Of a stretch of 64,000 nucleotides of DNA, positions 8,713-17,594 are shown one piece after another (the stretch's first letter is position 1; every line of letters starts with the position of its first letter). The stretch is from positions 8,399 to 72,398 of the forward strand of contig JAZRYI010000103.1 of assembly GCA_045600665.1 (NCBI GenBank), written 5' to 3'. Origin of the DNA: Bacteroidaceae bacterium. GTDB taxonomy: Bacteria; Bacteroidota; Bacteroidia; Bacteroidales; Bacteroidaceae. The notes under the pieces are model-generated. The model was not told the DNA's origin, did not search any database, and was given only the letters and a program-made list of their open reading frames with translations. The translations under genes were made by a program, and so were the position numbers.

Positions 8713-9630
8713 CTATGGTTTGTAATTAATGTTTCGTGGGTGATGATTGAGTATCTCTTCTCTCAGATGGGTAGTGTCGATGTGGGTGTAGATTTGAGTG
8801 GTAGCTATCGACTCATGGCCAAGCATTGCCTGTATTGCTCTGAGGTTTGCTCCTCCCTCGAGCAGCGATGTGGCGAACGAGTGGCGGAAAGTGTGTGGCG
8901 AGACTGTCTTCTGCACTCCAGCTTTCTCCACCAGGTCCTTGATCATGAGAAACACCATCACGCGGGTGAGTGGCTTTTTCCTGAGGCGGCTCACGAACAC
9001 GTAGTCTTGGTTCTCTATAGGTATTCTGAGCATGTTGCGATCTATGAAGTAAAGCTTCAGTTCGCGTATGGCTTTCTCCGAGATGGGTACGAGGCGCACC
9101 TTCGAGCCTTTGCCTTCCACGCGGATGTATTCATCGTCGAGATACAGATTGCTAATTTTCAAATTGACCAACTCGCTCACTCGCAATCCACAGCTGAACA
9201 GCACCTCGATGATAGCCTTGTTTCTCTGTCCCTCAGGGTTACTGAGGTCTATCACCGATTCTATGGCATCAATCTCTTCCACGGAGAGCACGTCTGGCAG
9301 ATGCTGCGGGCGCTTCGGAAACTCCAGCAGTTCGGTTGGGTTCACCTCCAGCTTGTCCTCAAGCACAAGGAAGTGGTAGAAACTCCTGACTCCCGACAGT
9401 ATGCGCGACAGCGAGGATGGGGCGATGCCGATATCGTACATCGTGGCAGAGAAGTTGTGGAAATGCTCAAGTTTTGCATCGAGCAAGTCCACTCCCTCGT
9501 CTTTAATGAATATGAGGAATTTGTCTAAGTCGCGCATATAAGCATCGACTGTGTTGCCCGAACTTGCTTTTTCCAGCTTCAGATACTGGTGGTATCGGCG
9601 TACTAATCTTTGTAGTTCTTTAGCATCCAT
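8713..9630 (-). CDS. xerD: Site-specific tyrosine recombinase XerD-like
   Basis: 305 aa; catalytic C-terminus HTFRHSFATSLLEGGANLRAIQAMLGHESIATTQIYTH. Confidence 0.85.
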   Translation of the reverse strand: MDAKELQRLVRRYHQYLKLEKASSGNTVDAYMRDLDKFLIFIKDEGVDLLDAKLEHFHNFSATMYDIGIAPSSLSRILSGVRSFYHFLVLEDKLEVNPTELLEFPKRPQHLPDVLSVEEIDAIESVIDLSNPEGQRNKAIIEVLFSCGLRVSELVNLKISNLYLDDEYIRVEGKGSKVRLVPISEKAIRELKLYFIDRNMLRIPIENQDYVFVSRLRKKPLTRVMVFLMIKDLVEKAGVQKTVSPHTFRHSFATSLLEGGANLRAIQAMLGHESIATTQIYTHIDTTHLREEILNHHPRNINYKP

Positions 9631-9634
9631 ATTG

Positions 9635-9642
9635 CAAAGTTA
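9635..9642 (-). promoter_or_regulatory. Candidate -7 box TAACTTTG only 4 nt upstream of the xerD ATG
   Basis: The reverse complement of CAAAGTTA at 9635-9642 is an exact TAnnTTTG. Confidence 0.35.
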
Positions 9643-9708
9643 GTTAAACTTTCCCAATAAAAGAGTACTTTTTCTTATAGTTTTATGTGAAGTTCAGAGT
9701 TTTTTGTA

Positions 9709-9716
9709 TAATTTTG
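9709..9716 (+). promoter_or_regulatory. Candidate -7 box TAATTTTG upstream of the S41 peptidase operon
   Basis: Exact TAnnTTTG 19 nt before the ATG at 9735. Confidence 0.4.
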
Positions 9717-9734
9717 CCCAAAATTAACTGAATA

Positions 9735-11393
9735 ATGAAAAAGCATATAATTACAATGCTCACCTTTCTGGCAATGGTGCCAGCGTGGGGACAGAGCGAA
9801 CACAACTTCGAGGTTGCAAAGCAACTTGACATTCTCAATAGCCTGTATCGTCAGCTTGACATATTCTATGTTGACTCTCTCGATGCCAGCAAACTGGTGC
9901 GCGAAGGCATTGATGCAATGCTTGAAAGCCTTGATCCATACACCGAGTATTATGCAGAGGAGGACATGGACGACCTGAAGCAGATGACCACTGGAAAGTA
10001 TGGCGGCATCGGCTCTGTGATTCGTATGCGCAAGGACAGTACAGTGATGATTGTGGAGCCATACGCAAGCATGCCAGCAGCAGAGGTGGGCTTGCAAGCA
10101 GGCGATGTGATGCTGAAGATTGACAATGCAGACTTAAAGGGTAAGTCGAGTTCGGAGGTGAGCGACATGCTGCGTGGCGAGCCTGGCACAACTTTCGTGC
10201 TGCAGGTGAGACGCCAGGGCGAAACGAAGACTCGCGACTTCAAGATTACTCGCCGCAACATCAAGGTGGATGCTATTCCATATTTTGGATTGGTTAGCCC
10301 TGAAACTGGCTACATTGCTCTCAACACCTTTACGGAGGGTTGTGCCAAAGACATGCGCAAGAGCATTATCTCGCTGAAGGAAAAGGGAGCGGAGAATATT
10401 ATCATCGACCTTCGCGGCAATGGCGGCGGTTTGCTGAATGAGGCCGTGGATATGGTGAACCTGTTTGTGCCAAAGGGCAAAGATATCGTGCAGATGAGAG
10501 GCAAGGTAGCTGCCACTGACCATACCTATACTACTGCCAACGAGCCACTCGACCTCGACATCCCTGTGGTGGTACTGGTGAATGAGAAGACAGCTTCGTC
10601 TGCTGAAATCGTGTCTGGCTCATTGCAAGACTTGGATCGAGCAGTTGTGCTTGGCACCAAGACATTTGGCAAGGGACTTGTGCAGAGCACTCGCGAGTTG
10701 CCATACAATGGCGGCGTGAAGCTCACAACGGCTAAATACTACATCCCTTCTGGTCGCTGCATCCAGGCTATTGACTACAAGCGTCTGCGCGAGGAGGCTG
10801 AGGCAAAACGCCTTGGCAAGTCGCTGCCGCCTGTTGATAGCTTGAAGCATATCTTCCACACATCTGGCGGACGCGAGGTTAAAGAGGGCAGCGGCATCAT
10901 GCCTGATGTGGTGATGAAGCATGATACTATATCGAACATCGTTTTCTATATCTCTGTTGATGACATCCTCACAGACTGGGGCGCTAAATATGCTGCTGAT
11001 CATGCGTCGATTCCTGCTGTGAAGAATTTCGCAATAACAGATGCTGACTATGCTAGTTTCAAGCAGTTTGCAAAGGATCGCGACTTCAAGTATGACCGCA
11101 TGAGCGAGAAGCGACTTGCCGACTTGAAGAAGACGGCAGAGTTTGAAGGCTACTATGATGATGCCAAGGCAGAGTTTGAGGCACTTGAGAAAAAGCTTGC
11201 TCACAACCTCGAACGCGAGATGGACAAGAATGAGAAGGATATCCGCAAGTTGTTGGCTCAAGAGATAGTGAAGCGATATCACTTCCAAGCAGGTGCAGTG
11301 GAAGAATCGCTGAAGGGTGACGAGGATATAGAGAAGGCAATCAGCGTGCTTGCAAACAAAGAGGAATACAATAAAATATTGACTAATAACTAA
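9735..11393 (+). CDS. S41 family C-terminal processing (tail-specific) peptidase
   Basis: 552 aa; signal peptide; PDZ-like GLQAGDVMLKIDNADLKG; RGNGGGLL and TASSAEIVSG catalytic-region motifs. Confidence 0.85.
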   Translation: MKKHIITMLTFLAMVPAWGQSEHNFEVAKQLDILNSLYRQLDIFYVDSLDASKLVREGIDAMLESLDPYTEYYAEEDMDDLKQMTTGKYGGIGSVIRMRKDSTVMIVEPYASMPAAEVGLQAGDVMLKIDNADLKGKSSSEVSDMLRGEPGTTFVLQVRRQGETKTRDFKITRRNIKVDAIPYFGLVSPETGYIALNTFTEGCAKDMRKSIISLKEKGAENIIIDLRGNGGGLLNEAVDMVNLFVPKGKDIVQMRGKVAATDHTYTTANEPLDLDIPVVVLVNEKTASSAEIVSGSLQDLDRAVVLGTKTFGKGLVQSTRELPYNGGVKLTTAKYYIPSGRCIQAIDYKRLREEAEAKRLGKSLPPVDSLKHIFHTSGGREVKEGSGIMPDVVMKHDTISNIVFYISVDDILTDWGAKYAADHASIPAVKNFAITDADYASFKQFAKDRDFKYDRMSEKRLADLKKTAEFEGYYDDAKAEFEALEKKLAHNLEREMDKNEKDIRKLLAQEIVKRYHFQAGAVEESLKGDEDIEKAISVLANKEEYNKILTNN

Positions 11394-11396
11394 AAC

Positions 11397-11621
11397 ATGT
11401 CACTTCGCAACAATAAAGCAGCTCAATTCAATCGTTACATGATGTTCGGAATGTTCTTCCTCGGCATCATTGTGCTTGGATGTGTGTTTGCATTTCTTTA
11501 TATGTCAACGAGCAAGGAAAGCAATCCTTTTGCAAATCCATCTGACAAGGCTCAGGCGGATTCCACTCTCGTGCTTGAAATAATTGGGGATTCTACACTT
11601 ATTGATTCATTATCTGACTGA
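11397..11621 (+). CDS. Small hypothetical membrane protein
   Basis: 74 aa with one hydrophobic helix (MMFGMFFLGIIVLGCVFAFLY). It is translationally coupled on both sides, with its stop overlapping the next ATG. Confidence 0.4.
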   Translation: MSLRNNKAAQFNRYMMFGMFFLGIIVLGCVFAFLYMSTSKESNPFANPSDKAQADSTLVLEIIGDSTLIDSLSD

Positions 11622-12427
11622 TGAGAATTATTCTTTCTTTTGTGCTGGCAATGATATGTTCATTGTCTGCTTTGGGACAATGCACAGTTGAGAACAAGGC
11701 GTTCAAGGCTGGCGAGAAGTTGACTTACGACCTGTATTTCAACTGGAAGTTTGTATGGGTGAAATGTGGCACAGGCCATCTGTCTATTCGCAACACGACC
11801 TATCAGGGCAAACAGGCTCTGCGTGCCGACCTGCTTTCCACAAGTAATAAAAAGTGCGATGCTGTGTTCACGATGCGCGACACGCTCATCAGCATCACCA
11901 CTCCAGAACTTACTCCTCTATACTACCGCAAGGGTGCTGTGGAGGGCAAGCACTACACCGTGGATGAGGTGTGGTATTCGTATCCCCAGGGAAAAAGTCA
12001 TGTAAAACAGAGATTTCTGAATCGCCACGGCGAGGTGTCAGAGCATCATCATGAGTCGGCAGAGTGTAACTACGACATGCTCAGCATCCTTTCCATTGCT
12101 CGCTCGTTCGACCCAAAGAACTACAAGGTGGGACAGCGCATCAATTTCCCAATGGCAACGGGAAAGAAAGTTGAGAACCAGACTCTTATCTATAAGGGAA
12201 AGAAGAATTGGAAGGCTAACGATAATAAAACTTACCGTTGTCTTGTGTTCTCGCTCCTTGACTATGAGGAGACAAAAGAAGAAAAGGAACTGGTGAGATT
12301 CTATGTCACTGACGACCTCAACCATCTTCCTATCCGTATTGATTTCTTCCTCAAGTTCGGCTCAGCCAAAGCGTTCTATTCTAAGGGAGAAGGATTGAGG
12401 AATCCTGTTACGTCGGTGGTAAAGTAG
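11621..12427 (+). CDS. DUF3108-like secreted protein
   Basis: 268 aa; signal peptide; the F.AGE.L.Y.L.. opening typical of DUF3108 proteins. Assignment is from memory only. Confidence 0.55.
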   Translation: MRIILSFVLAMICSLSALGQCTVENKAFKAGEKLTYDLYFNWKFVWVKCGTGHLSIRNTTYQGKQALRADLLSTSNKKCDAVFTMRDTLISITTPELTPLYYRKGAVEGKHYTVDEVWYSYPQGKSHVKQRFLNRHGEVSEHHHESAECNYDMLSILSIARSFDPKNYKVGQRINFPMATGKKVENQTLIYKGKKNWKANDNKTYRCLVFSLLDYEETKEEKELVRFYVTDDLNHLPIRIDFFLKFGSAKAFYSKGEGLRNPVTSVVK

Positions 12428-12436
12428 GACAAGGAT

Positions 12437-12476
12437 CCTCTCCCCCGTCCCTCCTCCTTTAGGAGGGAGGGTGACT
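12437..12476. repeat. G/C-rich palindromic REP-like element, inverted copy (left arm)
   Basis: CCTCTCCCCCGTCCCTCCTCCTTTAGGAGGGAGGGTGACT; its reverse complement matches 12583-12622 at 37/40 positions. Confidence 0.8.
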
Positions 12477-12524
12477 GATGGCATAGTCAAATTTAAAGTG
12501 AAAAAGAAGAATATAATAACTATG

Positions 12525-12566
12525 ATAAAAAAGAGAGATGCAGCTTCATTGATGCATCTCTTTTTC
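12525..12566. terminator. Bidirectional terminator between the DUF3108 gene and pyrH
   Basis: A-tract, GAGATGCA/TGCATCTC stem, T-tract. Confidence 0.65.
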
Positions 12567-12582
12567 TATTATCATTCCCACA

Positions 12583-12623
12583 AGTCACCCTCCCTCTTAA
12601 AGGGAGAGGGACGGGGGAGAGGG
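12583..12623. repeat. G/C-rich palindromic REP-like element (right arm)
   Basis: AGTCACCCTCCCTCTTAAAGGGAGAGGGACGGGGGAGAGGG; contains four G-runs (a G4 motif) at 12602-12623. Confidence 0.8.
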
Positions 12624-12625
12624 TC

Positions 12626-13333
12626 TTAATATACCAATGTTCCAATATCCTCACCCTCCATCACTTTCTTCAAGTTTCCGAGGATGTCCATATTGAATAC
12701 ATAGATTGGCAAGTTGTTCTCCTTGCACATAGCTGTGGCAGTGATGTCCATCACCTTGAGACCTCTTGAGAGAACCTCATCGTAGGTGATCTTTGTGAAC
12801 TTAGTTGCTGTTGGGTCCTTTTCAGGGTCTGCAGTGTAAACACCATCAACGCGAGTGCCCTTGAGCATCACGTCTGCCTCAATCTCGATGCCACGGAGCG
12901 ATGAGCCTGTGTCGGTGGTGAAGTATGGATTGCCTGTGCCTGCACTCATAATCACAACCTCACCAGCCTCCATTGCGCTGATTGCCTTCCATTTGTTGTA
13001 GAACTCGCCTATAGGTTCCATTCTGATTGCAGTGAGCACACGATTCTTCTGACCTATTGCTCCAAGCGCACTGCTGAGTGCCAAAGAGTTGATGACAGTT
13101 GCACACATGCCCATCTGGTCGCCTTTCACGCGGTCGAAGCCCTTGCCTGCGCCACTCAAGCCACGGAAGATGTTGCCACCTCCAATCACTATGCCAATCT
13201 GCACACCCATTTCAGCGATTTCCTTAATTTGCTGAGCATACTGGTTCAGACGCTCTACGTTGATGCCTTGCTTCTGTTCACCTGCGAGGCTCTCGCCACT
13301 CAGCTTCAGAAGTATTCTCTTAAATTTTGCCAT
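12626..13333 (-). CDS. pyrH: UMP kinase
   Basis: 235 aa; the KRILLKLSGE..L start and IVIGGGNIFRG motif. Confidence 0.95.
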   Translation of the reverse strand: MAKFKRILLKLSGESLAGEQKQGINVERLNQYAQQIKEIAEMGVQIGIVIGGGNIFRGLSGAGKGFDRVKGDQMGMCATVINSLALSSALGAIGQKNRVLTAIRMEPIGEFYNKWKAISAMEAGEVVIMSAGTGNPYFTTDTGSSLRGIEIEADVMLKGTRVDGVYTADPEKDPTATKFTKITYDEVLSRGLKVMDITATAMCKENNLPIYVFNMDILGNLKKVMEGEDIGTLVY

Positions 13334-13463
13334 ATTCTTGTTCTTTTATTTAATATAATATGTTGTTGGTGCAAAGAAATAATCTATACTAATTTGGCAA
13401 AGCACTGTTTGTTAATCTCAGCAAAGTACAATTGTACCTGCATAAATATCTTTTAGTTGCTGT

Positions 13464-15182
13464 TTATTTCATCACAAAGTCGATGAGGTCGCGCTTCAGA
13501 TAGAATGTCTCGTTCTTGTCAACATAAACGATGACGGCAGGGAGTTCGACTGAGCGTGTTTTCTTGCCTATCTTGACATCTACCACGTTGCTGCCAGCGT
13601 GGAGGGTGAGAGTGGCTGTCTTACCTTGCATATTGCCCTTCACTGTGAGAGTGGCTGCGTCCTTGCCCTGGAACTTTGTGGTGGTGATAGTGCAATTGTA
13701 GTCTTTGAGGACTTCCTTGTGTGAGACAAAGTTGGCAGCTGTGAGGCTGTCGAGGGATGCGTGAGTGGTGCCGAGCATATTGCAGAGGTACTCGTTGAGC
13801 TGTATGTTGGTGAGCATGCCCTTTGCCCGATGTATGTCCTGAGGGTGGTAGGAAGCGAGGAATACATCTTCGCCTGTGTGACCGTTGGTGGTGAATGCGA
13901 GGCCTGTGCGCTCTGTCATGATCTGTGCTATCATGCGGCTGATGCCGCTGCTATATAGAGTACCGCGCACTGGCTTGCGCTGATCCTTGGGTATTGGGCT
14001 CTTTTCGTATTCCTTGCAGTTCTTGATTGCATCCACTTCGCGTTCAGTGAGTTCGATGTCACAATTTTCTTTGAACACTTTCTGTAAGTCCTCGAATGGA
14101 GTATTGTTGATTTTCCAAGCCATTGCATCGGCTGTGGCGCGATACTTGCTCAGGGCTCCAAACAGCTGGTCTTTTGTGCGAGACGAATAATCACCTTGGT
14201 CTCTGCGTCCAATGCTAATGCCGCTGTTGCCGTGGTCTGGCACTACGATGACTGCTGTGTTGCCATCGCGCTTGGCGAATTCGAACGCCTCGTGGCAAGC
14301 GCGGTCGAAGGCAAGGAAGTCTGTAGTCATGGCTATGGCATCGTTGTCGTGAGCTGCCCAGTCCACCTTGCTACCTTCCACCATGAGGAAAAAGCCATTA
14401 GGATTGTGTGAGAGTTTCTCGATGGCAATCTTTGTCATCTCGTCGATAGCTGGCTCCTTGGCTGGATCGCGGTCGAGATCGTATGCCATGTCAGAGTGAT
14501 TGTATAGAGCCCACATGTTGTCGCCTTGGAATGTGCGCATTGCCTCTATGTCGTTGCGGAATACTCCGTAACCTTTTGATTTTAGATAGTCTTCGCTCTC
14601 CTGCGGAAGCAAGCCAGCACCGCCGCCAATGAGGACATTGATGCCATTGTGCACCTGCTGCGGGATGATCCAGTCGTATTTGCCTCGGTTGTAGCTGTGC
14701 GATGAGCAGTCGGCAGGTGTAGCATGAGCGAATTCGCAAGTGCAGACGAGACCTGTCGATTTGCCGTACATGATGCGAGCTGCTTCAAGCACTGTGGTTA
14801 GCGGCTGGTATGCCTTGGTTGGATCCATTGGGTAGATGTCGTTCTTGGCATCTGCAATGGGGTAGGTTGACACCCATCCAGCACGGCTGTTATAGCCTGT
14901 CATGAAGCATGAGGTGGTTGGTGCGGAGTCGCCAATAGGAGCGTTGGAACAAGTGGTGCGCACTGTGCCACTGAGGTATGGATCAATGTAGAGGAACTCT
15001 TGGCTTGGATTCTTGTACCACTGATACCAGCGCGCTGTGCTGACTGTTGCCAGGGAGCATCCATCTGGTATGAGAAGGATCACGTTCTTCACTTGCTGTG
15101 CTTCAGCTATCATGCCACCCATTGCGAGAATTGCGGTGAGTGTAAACTTTTTCAAAGTTTTGGAAAAAATCATTTTATACAT
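13464..15182 (-). CDS. Alkaline phosphatase family protein with a C-terminal extra domain
   Basis: 572 aa; signal peptide; LLIPDGCS metal-site start; GDSAPTTSCFMTG catalytic-Ser motif; VDWAAHDND; VPDHGN. Confidence 0.8.
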   Translation of the reverse strand: MYKMIFSKTLKKFTLTAILAMGGMIAEAQQVKNVILLIPDGCSLATVSTARWYQWYKNPSQEFLYIDPYLSGTVRTTCSNAPIGDSAPTTSCFMTGYNSRAGWVSTYPIADAKNDIYPMDPTKAYQPLTTVLEAARIMYGKSTGLVCTCEFAHATPADCSSHSYNRGKYDWIIPQQVHNGINVLIGGGAGLLPQESEDYLKSKGYGVFRNDIEAMRTFQGDNMWALYNHSDMAYDLDRDPAKEPAIDEMTKIAIEKLSHNPNGFFLMVEGSKVDWAAHDNDAIAMTTDFLAFDRACHEAFEFAKRDGNTAVIVVPDHGNSGISIGRRDQGDYSSRTKDQLFGALSKYRATADAMAWKINNTPFEDLQKVFKENCDIELTEREVDAIKNCKEYEKSPIPKDQRKPVRGTLYSSGISRMIAQIMTERTGLAFTTNGHTGEDVFLASYHPQDIHRAKGMLTNIQLNEYLCNMLGTTHASLDSLTAANFVSHKEVLKDYNCTITTTKFQGKDAATLTVKGNMQGKTATLTLHAGSNVVDVKIGKKTRSVELPAVIVYVDKNETFYLKRDLIDFVMK

Positions 15183-15354
15183 GTCAGTGCAGTTAGTTAA
15201 CTTTTTTCGTTGTACACTACAAATGTACGGATTTTTCTGTTTTTAAAAAAGGAAAAGCGGTAAAACTTATAAAAAAGAAGTGTAATTTATGCACAAACTA
15301 TGCAAAAATGATGGATTTAATGGGAGGGTAGATGCATTTACAGATTATTTTTCG

Positions 15355-15362
15355 TAACTTTG
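15355..15362 (+). promoter_or_regulatory. Candidate -7 box TAACTTTG upstream of the M16 peptidase gene
   Basis: Exact TAnnTTTG 84 nt before the ATG at 15446. Confidence 0.4.
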
Positions 15363-15445
15363 TAGCCACTTTCCGTACGATAATGGCGTTTCGGTATTTG
15401 GTTGATTGTCAACCATAAAGTTACGAACAAACATTTAGCATCCTG

Positions 15446-16078
15446 ATGAACGAAAAAGCAAATACATATACATTCGAAAACGGACTTCGCCTCATCCATA
15501 TTCCTTCTCCGACCAATGTAGCATACTGCGGCATAAGCATTGATGCAGGCACTCGCGACGAACTGGAGGGCGAGGAGGGCATGGCGCATTTTTGCGAACA
15601 CATGATGTTCAAAGGAACAAAGAAGCGCAGAGCATGGCACATCATCAACCGCATGGAGGCGGTGGGGGGTGACTTGAATGCCTACACGAACAAGGAGGAG
15701 ACGGTGGTGTATTCTGCTTTCATGAAAGAGCATTTCGATCGTGCGGCAGAACTGATTTTTGACATCGTGAGGAACAGTACCTTTCCCCAGCATGAGATTG
15801 AGAAGGAATGCGAGGTGATTGTGGACGAGATAGAGAGTTACAATGATTCGCCTGCGGAACTCATCTTCGACCGGTTTGAGGATATCATCCACAAGGGCAA
15901 AGACCTAGGTCATGATATTCTGGGCACTGCTGAGAATGTGCGCAGATTCAGTTCGGAGGATGCGCTGCGATTCACTGAGAGGCTGTACACCATGGACAAG
16001 ATGGTGTTCTTCGTGCTGGGAGATATTGATTTTGAACGTGTAAAAAAGGTAGTGAGGAAACATGCAGATAATAACTGA
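15446..16078 (+). CDS. M16 (insulinase/pitrilysin) family zinc peptidase, N-terminal active-site fragment
   Basis: 210 aa; HFCEH (HxxEH) zinc motif. It stops where full-length homologues continue (see findings). Confidence 0.75.
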   Translation: MNEKANTYTFENGLRLIHIPSPTNVAYCGISIDAGTRDELEGEEGMAHFCEHMMFKGTKKRRAWHIINRMEAVGGDLNAYTNKEETVVYSAFMKEHFDRAAELIFDIVRNSTFPQHEIEKECEVIVDEIESYNDSPAELIFDRFEDIIHKGKDLGHDILGTAENVRRFSSEDALRFTERLYTMDKMVFFVLGDIDFERVKKVVRKHADNN

Positions 16079-16610
16079 AGATAGAGGGACGCATCAGGCA
16101 CACGTAATGATGGGAAGAGCAGCGTATGGATCGAAAGATGATAGACGCATTGCGCTCTACTTCCTCAATAATATATTAGGCGGTCCTGGTATGAACTCGC
16201 GACTGAACATTGCGCTGAGAGAGCATAAGGGACTTGTATATACGGTGGAGAGTTCGCTGACGAACTACACTGACACTTCCACTTGGGCTATTTATTTTGG
16301 CTGCGATCCAGATGATGTGGACAAATGCATAAAGGTAGTGCGCTCGGAGCTTGACAAGTTGATGAATGAGCCTTTGTCACAGAAACAATTCGATGCTGCC
16401 CTCAAGCAGATAAAGGGACAGATAGGCGTGGCATGTGACAATTTCGAGAACTATGCGCTGGACATGGCTAAGTCGTTCCTGCACTACAACCGATTTGAGG
16501 GTGTCGAGGACACGTATGCTCATCTCGACAAGCTCACCCCGCAGATTCTGCAAGATGTAGCAAAGGATATTTTTAGCGATGACACATTGACAACATTGAT
16601 TTTCAAATAA
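16062..16610 (+). CDS. M16 family peptidase, C-terminal (M16C) fragment in another frame
   Basis: 182 aa; THQAHVMMG..., GGPGMNSRLNIALREHKGLVYTV. It overlaps the previous ORF by 17 nt. Confidence 0.7.
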   Translation: MQIITEDRGTHQAHVMMGRAAYGSKDDRRIALYFLNNILGGPGMNSRLNIALREHKGLVYTVESSLTNYTDTSTWAIYFGCDPDDVDKCIKVVRSELDKLMNEPLSQKQFDAALKQIKGQIGVACDNFENYALDMAKSFLHYNRFEGVEDTYAHLDKLTPQILQDVAKDIFSDDTLTTLIFK

Positions 16611-16611
16611 T

Positions 16612-17538
16612 ATGCGTAAGATAATAGGAATAGGAGAAACGATAATGGACATTATCTTCAAGAATGGCGAGCCAACGGCGGCTGTTCCTGGAGGCAGCAC
16701 ATTCAATGGAATTATATCTCTTGGCAGACTAGGTTTGCCAGTGACAATGATTACAGAAACGGGAAACGACAAGGTGGGTAAGATCATACTTGATTTCATG
16801 GCAGACAATGGCATTGACAGTAGTGCTGTGTGTGTGTACGAAGACGGACGTACAGCCATTTCGCTGGCATTTCTGAATGAAAAAAACGATGCGGAGTACT
16901 CATTCTATAAGGACTATCCCAATGCACGCTTGGACGTTAAATGGCCAGACGTGCAGAAAGATGACATCATCATGATGGGGTCATACTTCGTACTCAATCC
17001 CGTATTGCGAAAAAAAGTGAAGGAATTCCTCGACTATGCACGCAGCCGTGAAGCGTTAATCTATTACGATATAAACTTCCGCTCCACTCATGCTCACGAG
17101 GCAGAGGCACTTCGTTCAACCATTAAGGAGAACTTCGAATACGCAGACATCGTGCGTGGATCAACAGAGGATTTCATGTTTATGTTTGGCATCTCCGATC
17201 CTAAAGAAGCATACGACACCAAAGTGTCGATGCATTGCAAGCAGATGCTCTGTACAGATGCTGATGGCGACATCAGACTTTTCACATCACAAGGCGAGAA
17301 AAGATATAAAGTCAACAAGATTCAAACCATCTCCACCATCGGTGCAGGCGACAACTTCAATGCTGGTTGCCTCTACGGAATAATGAAGAACGGCGTGCTG
17401 CGTAAATCCCTCGTAACGCTCCCATACGAAGTTTGGGACAGCATTGTTGAGGCTGGACAAACACTTGCCGCTGAGGTATGTCAGAGCTACAACAATAGCA
17501 TCTCAAAGGAATTTGCTAAACAAGTTTTAGGACAATAA
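16612..17538 (+). CDS. PfkB-family carbohydrate kinase (fructokinase-like)
   Basis: 308 aa; N-terminal GE.IMD... and C-terminal GAGDNFNAG motif. Confidence 0.85.
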   Translation: MRKIIGIGETIMDIIFKNGEPTAAVPGGSTFNGIISLGRLGLPVTMITETGNDKVGKIILDFMADNGIDSSAVCVYEDGRTAISLAFLNEKNDAEYSFYKDYPNARLDVKWPDVQKDDIIMMGSYFVLNPVLRKKVKEFLDYARSREALIYYDINFRSTHAHEAEALRSTIKENFEYADIVRGSTEDFMFMFGISDPKEAYDTKVSMHCKQMLCTDADGDIRLFTSQGEKRYKVNKIQTISTIGAGDNFNAGCLYGIMKNGVLRKSLVTLPYEVWDSIVEAGQTLAAEVCQSYNNSISKEFAKQVLGQ

Positions 17539-17540
17539 AC

Positions 17541-17576
17541 AAAAAAGCTTGCAACGATCGTTGCAAGCTTTTTTGT
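17541..17576. terminator. Bidirectional terminator between the kinase gene and speA
   Basis: Perfect palindrome AAGCTTGCAACGATCGTTGCAAGCTT flanked by A6 and T6. Confidence 0.8.
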
Positions 17577-17594
17577 TTATGTCACTTTTTTTTG

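Larger units (their letters stand above)
12437..12623. mobile_element. Candidate MITE/BIME-like composite (two inverted REP-like arms plus central terminator)
   Basis: 40-bp terminal inverted repeats enclose 106 bp and exactly fill the convergent spacer. No transposase is present and mobility is unproven. Confidence 0.3.

Noticed and set aside
8311-9528. Very long ORFs antisense to real genes. Examples: 8311-9528 (405 aa), 25668-26813 (381 aa), 36888-37955 (355 aa), 39130-40236 (368 aa), 43842-45167 (441 aa), 58335-59351 (338 aa), 45740-46396, 20306-21085, 10620-11288 and 1103-1957.
   Set aside because: Each lies fully inside a confidently identified gene on the other strand. Their translations are low-complexity (H/L/R/V-rich) with no motifs. 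Stop-poor antisense frames are a known by-product of codon bias, so these are shadow ORFs.
8713-9630. A tyrosine recombinase as a possible marker of an integrative mobile element.
   Set aside because: The sequence and length fit housekeeping XerD. It is in an operon-like arrangement with sppA and flanked by core genes. No att-like repeats, excisionase or cargo genes are present.
15353-15424. The 9-bp inverted repeat CGTAACTTT / AAAGTTACG, and the GGTTGA..TCAACC hairpin, in the M16 leader.
   Set aside because: They are too short to distinguish from chance in AT-rich DNA, and one arm is simply the promoter -7 box.
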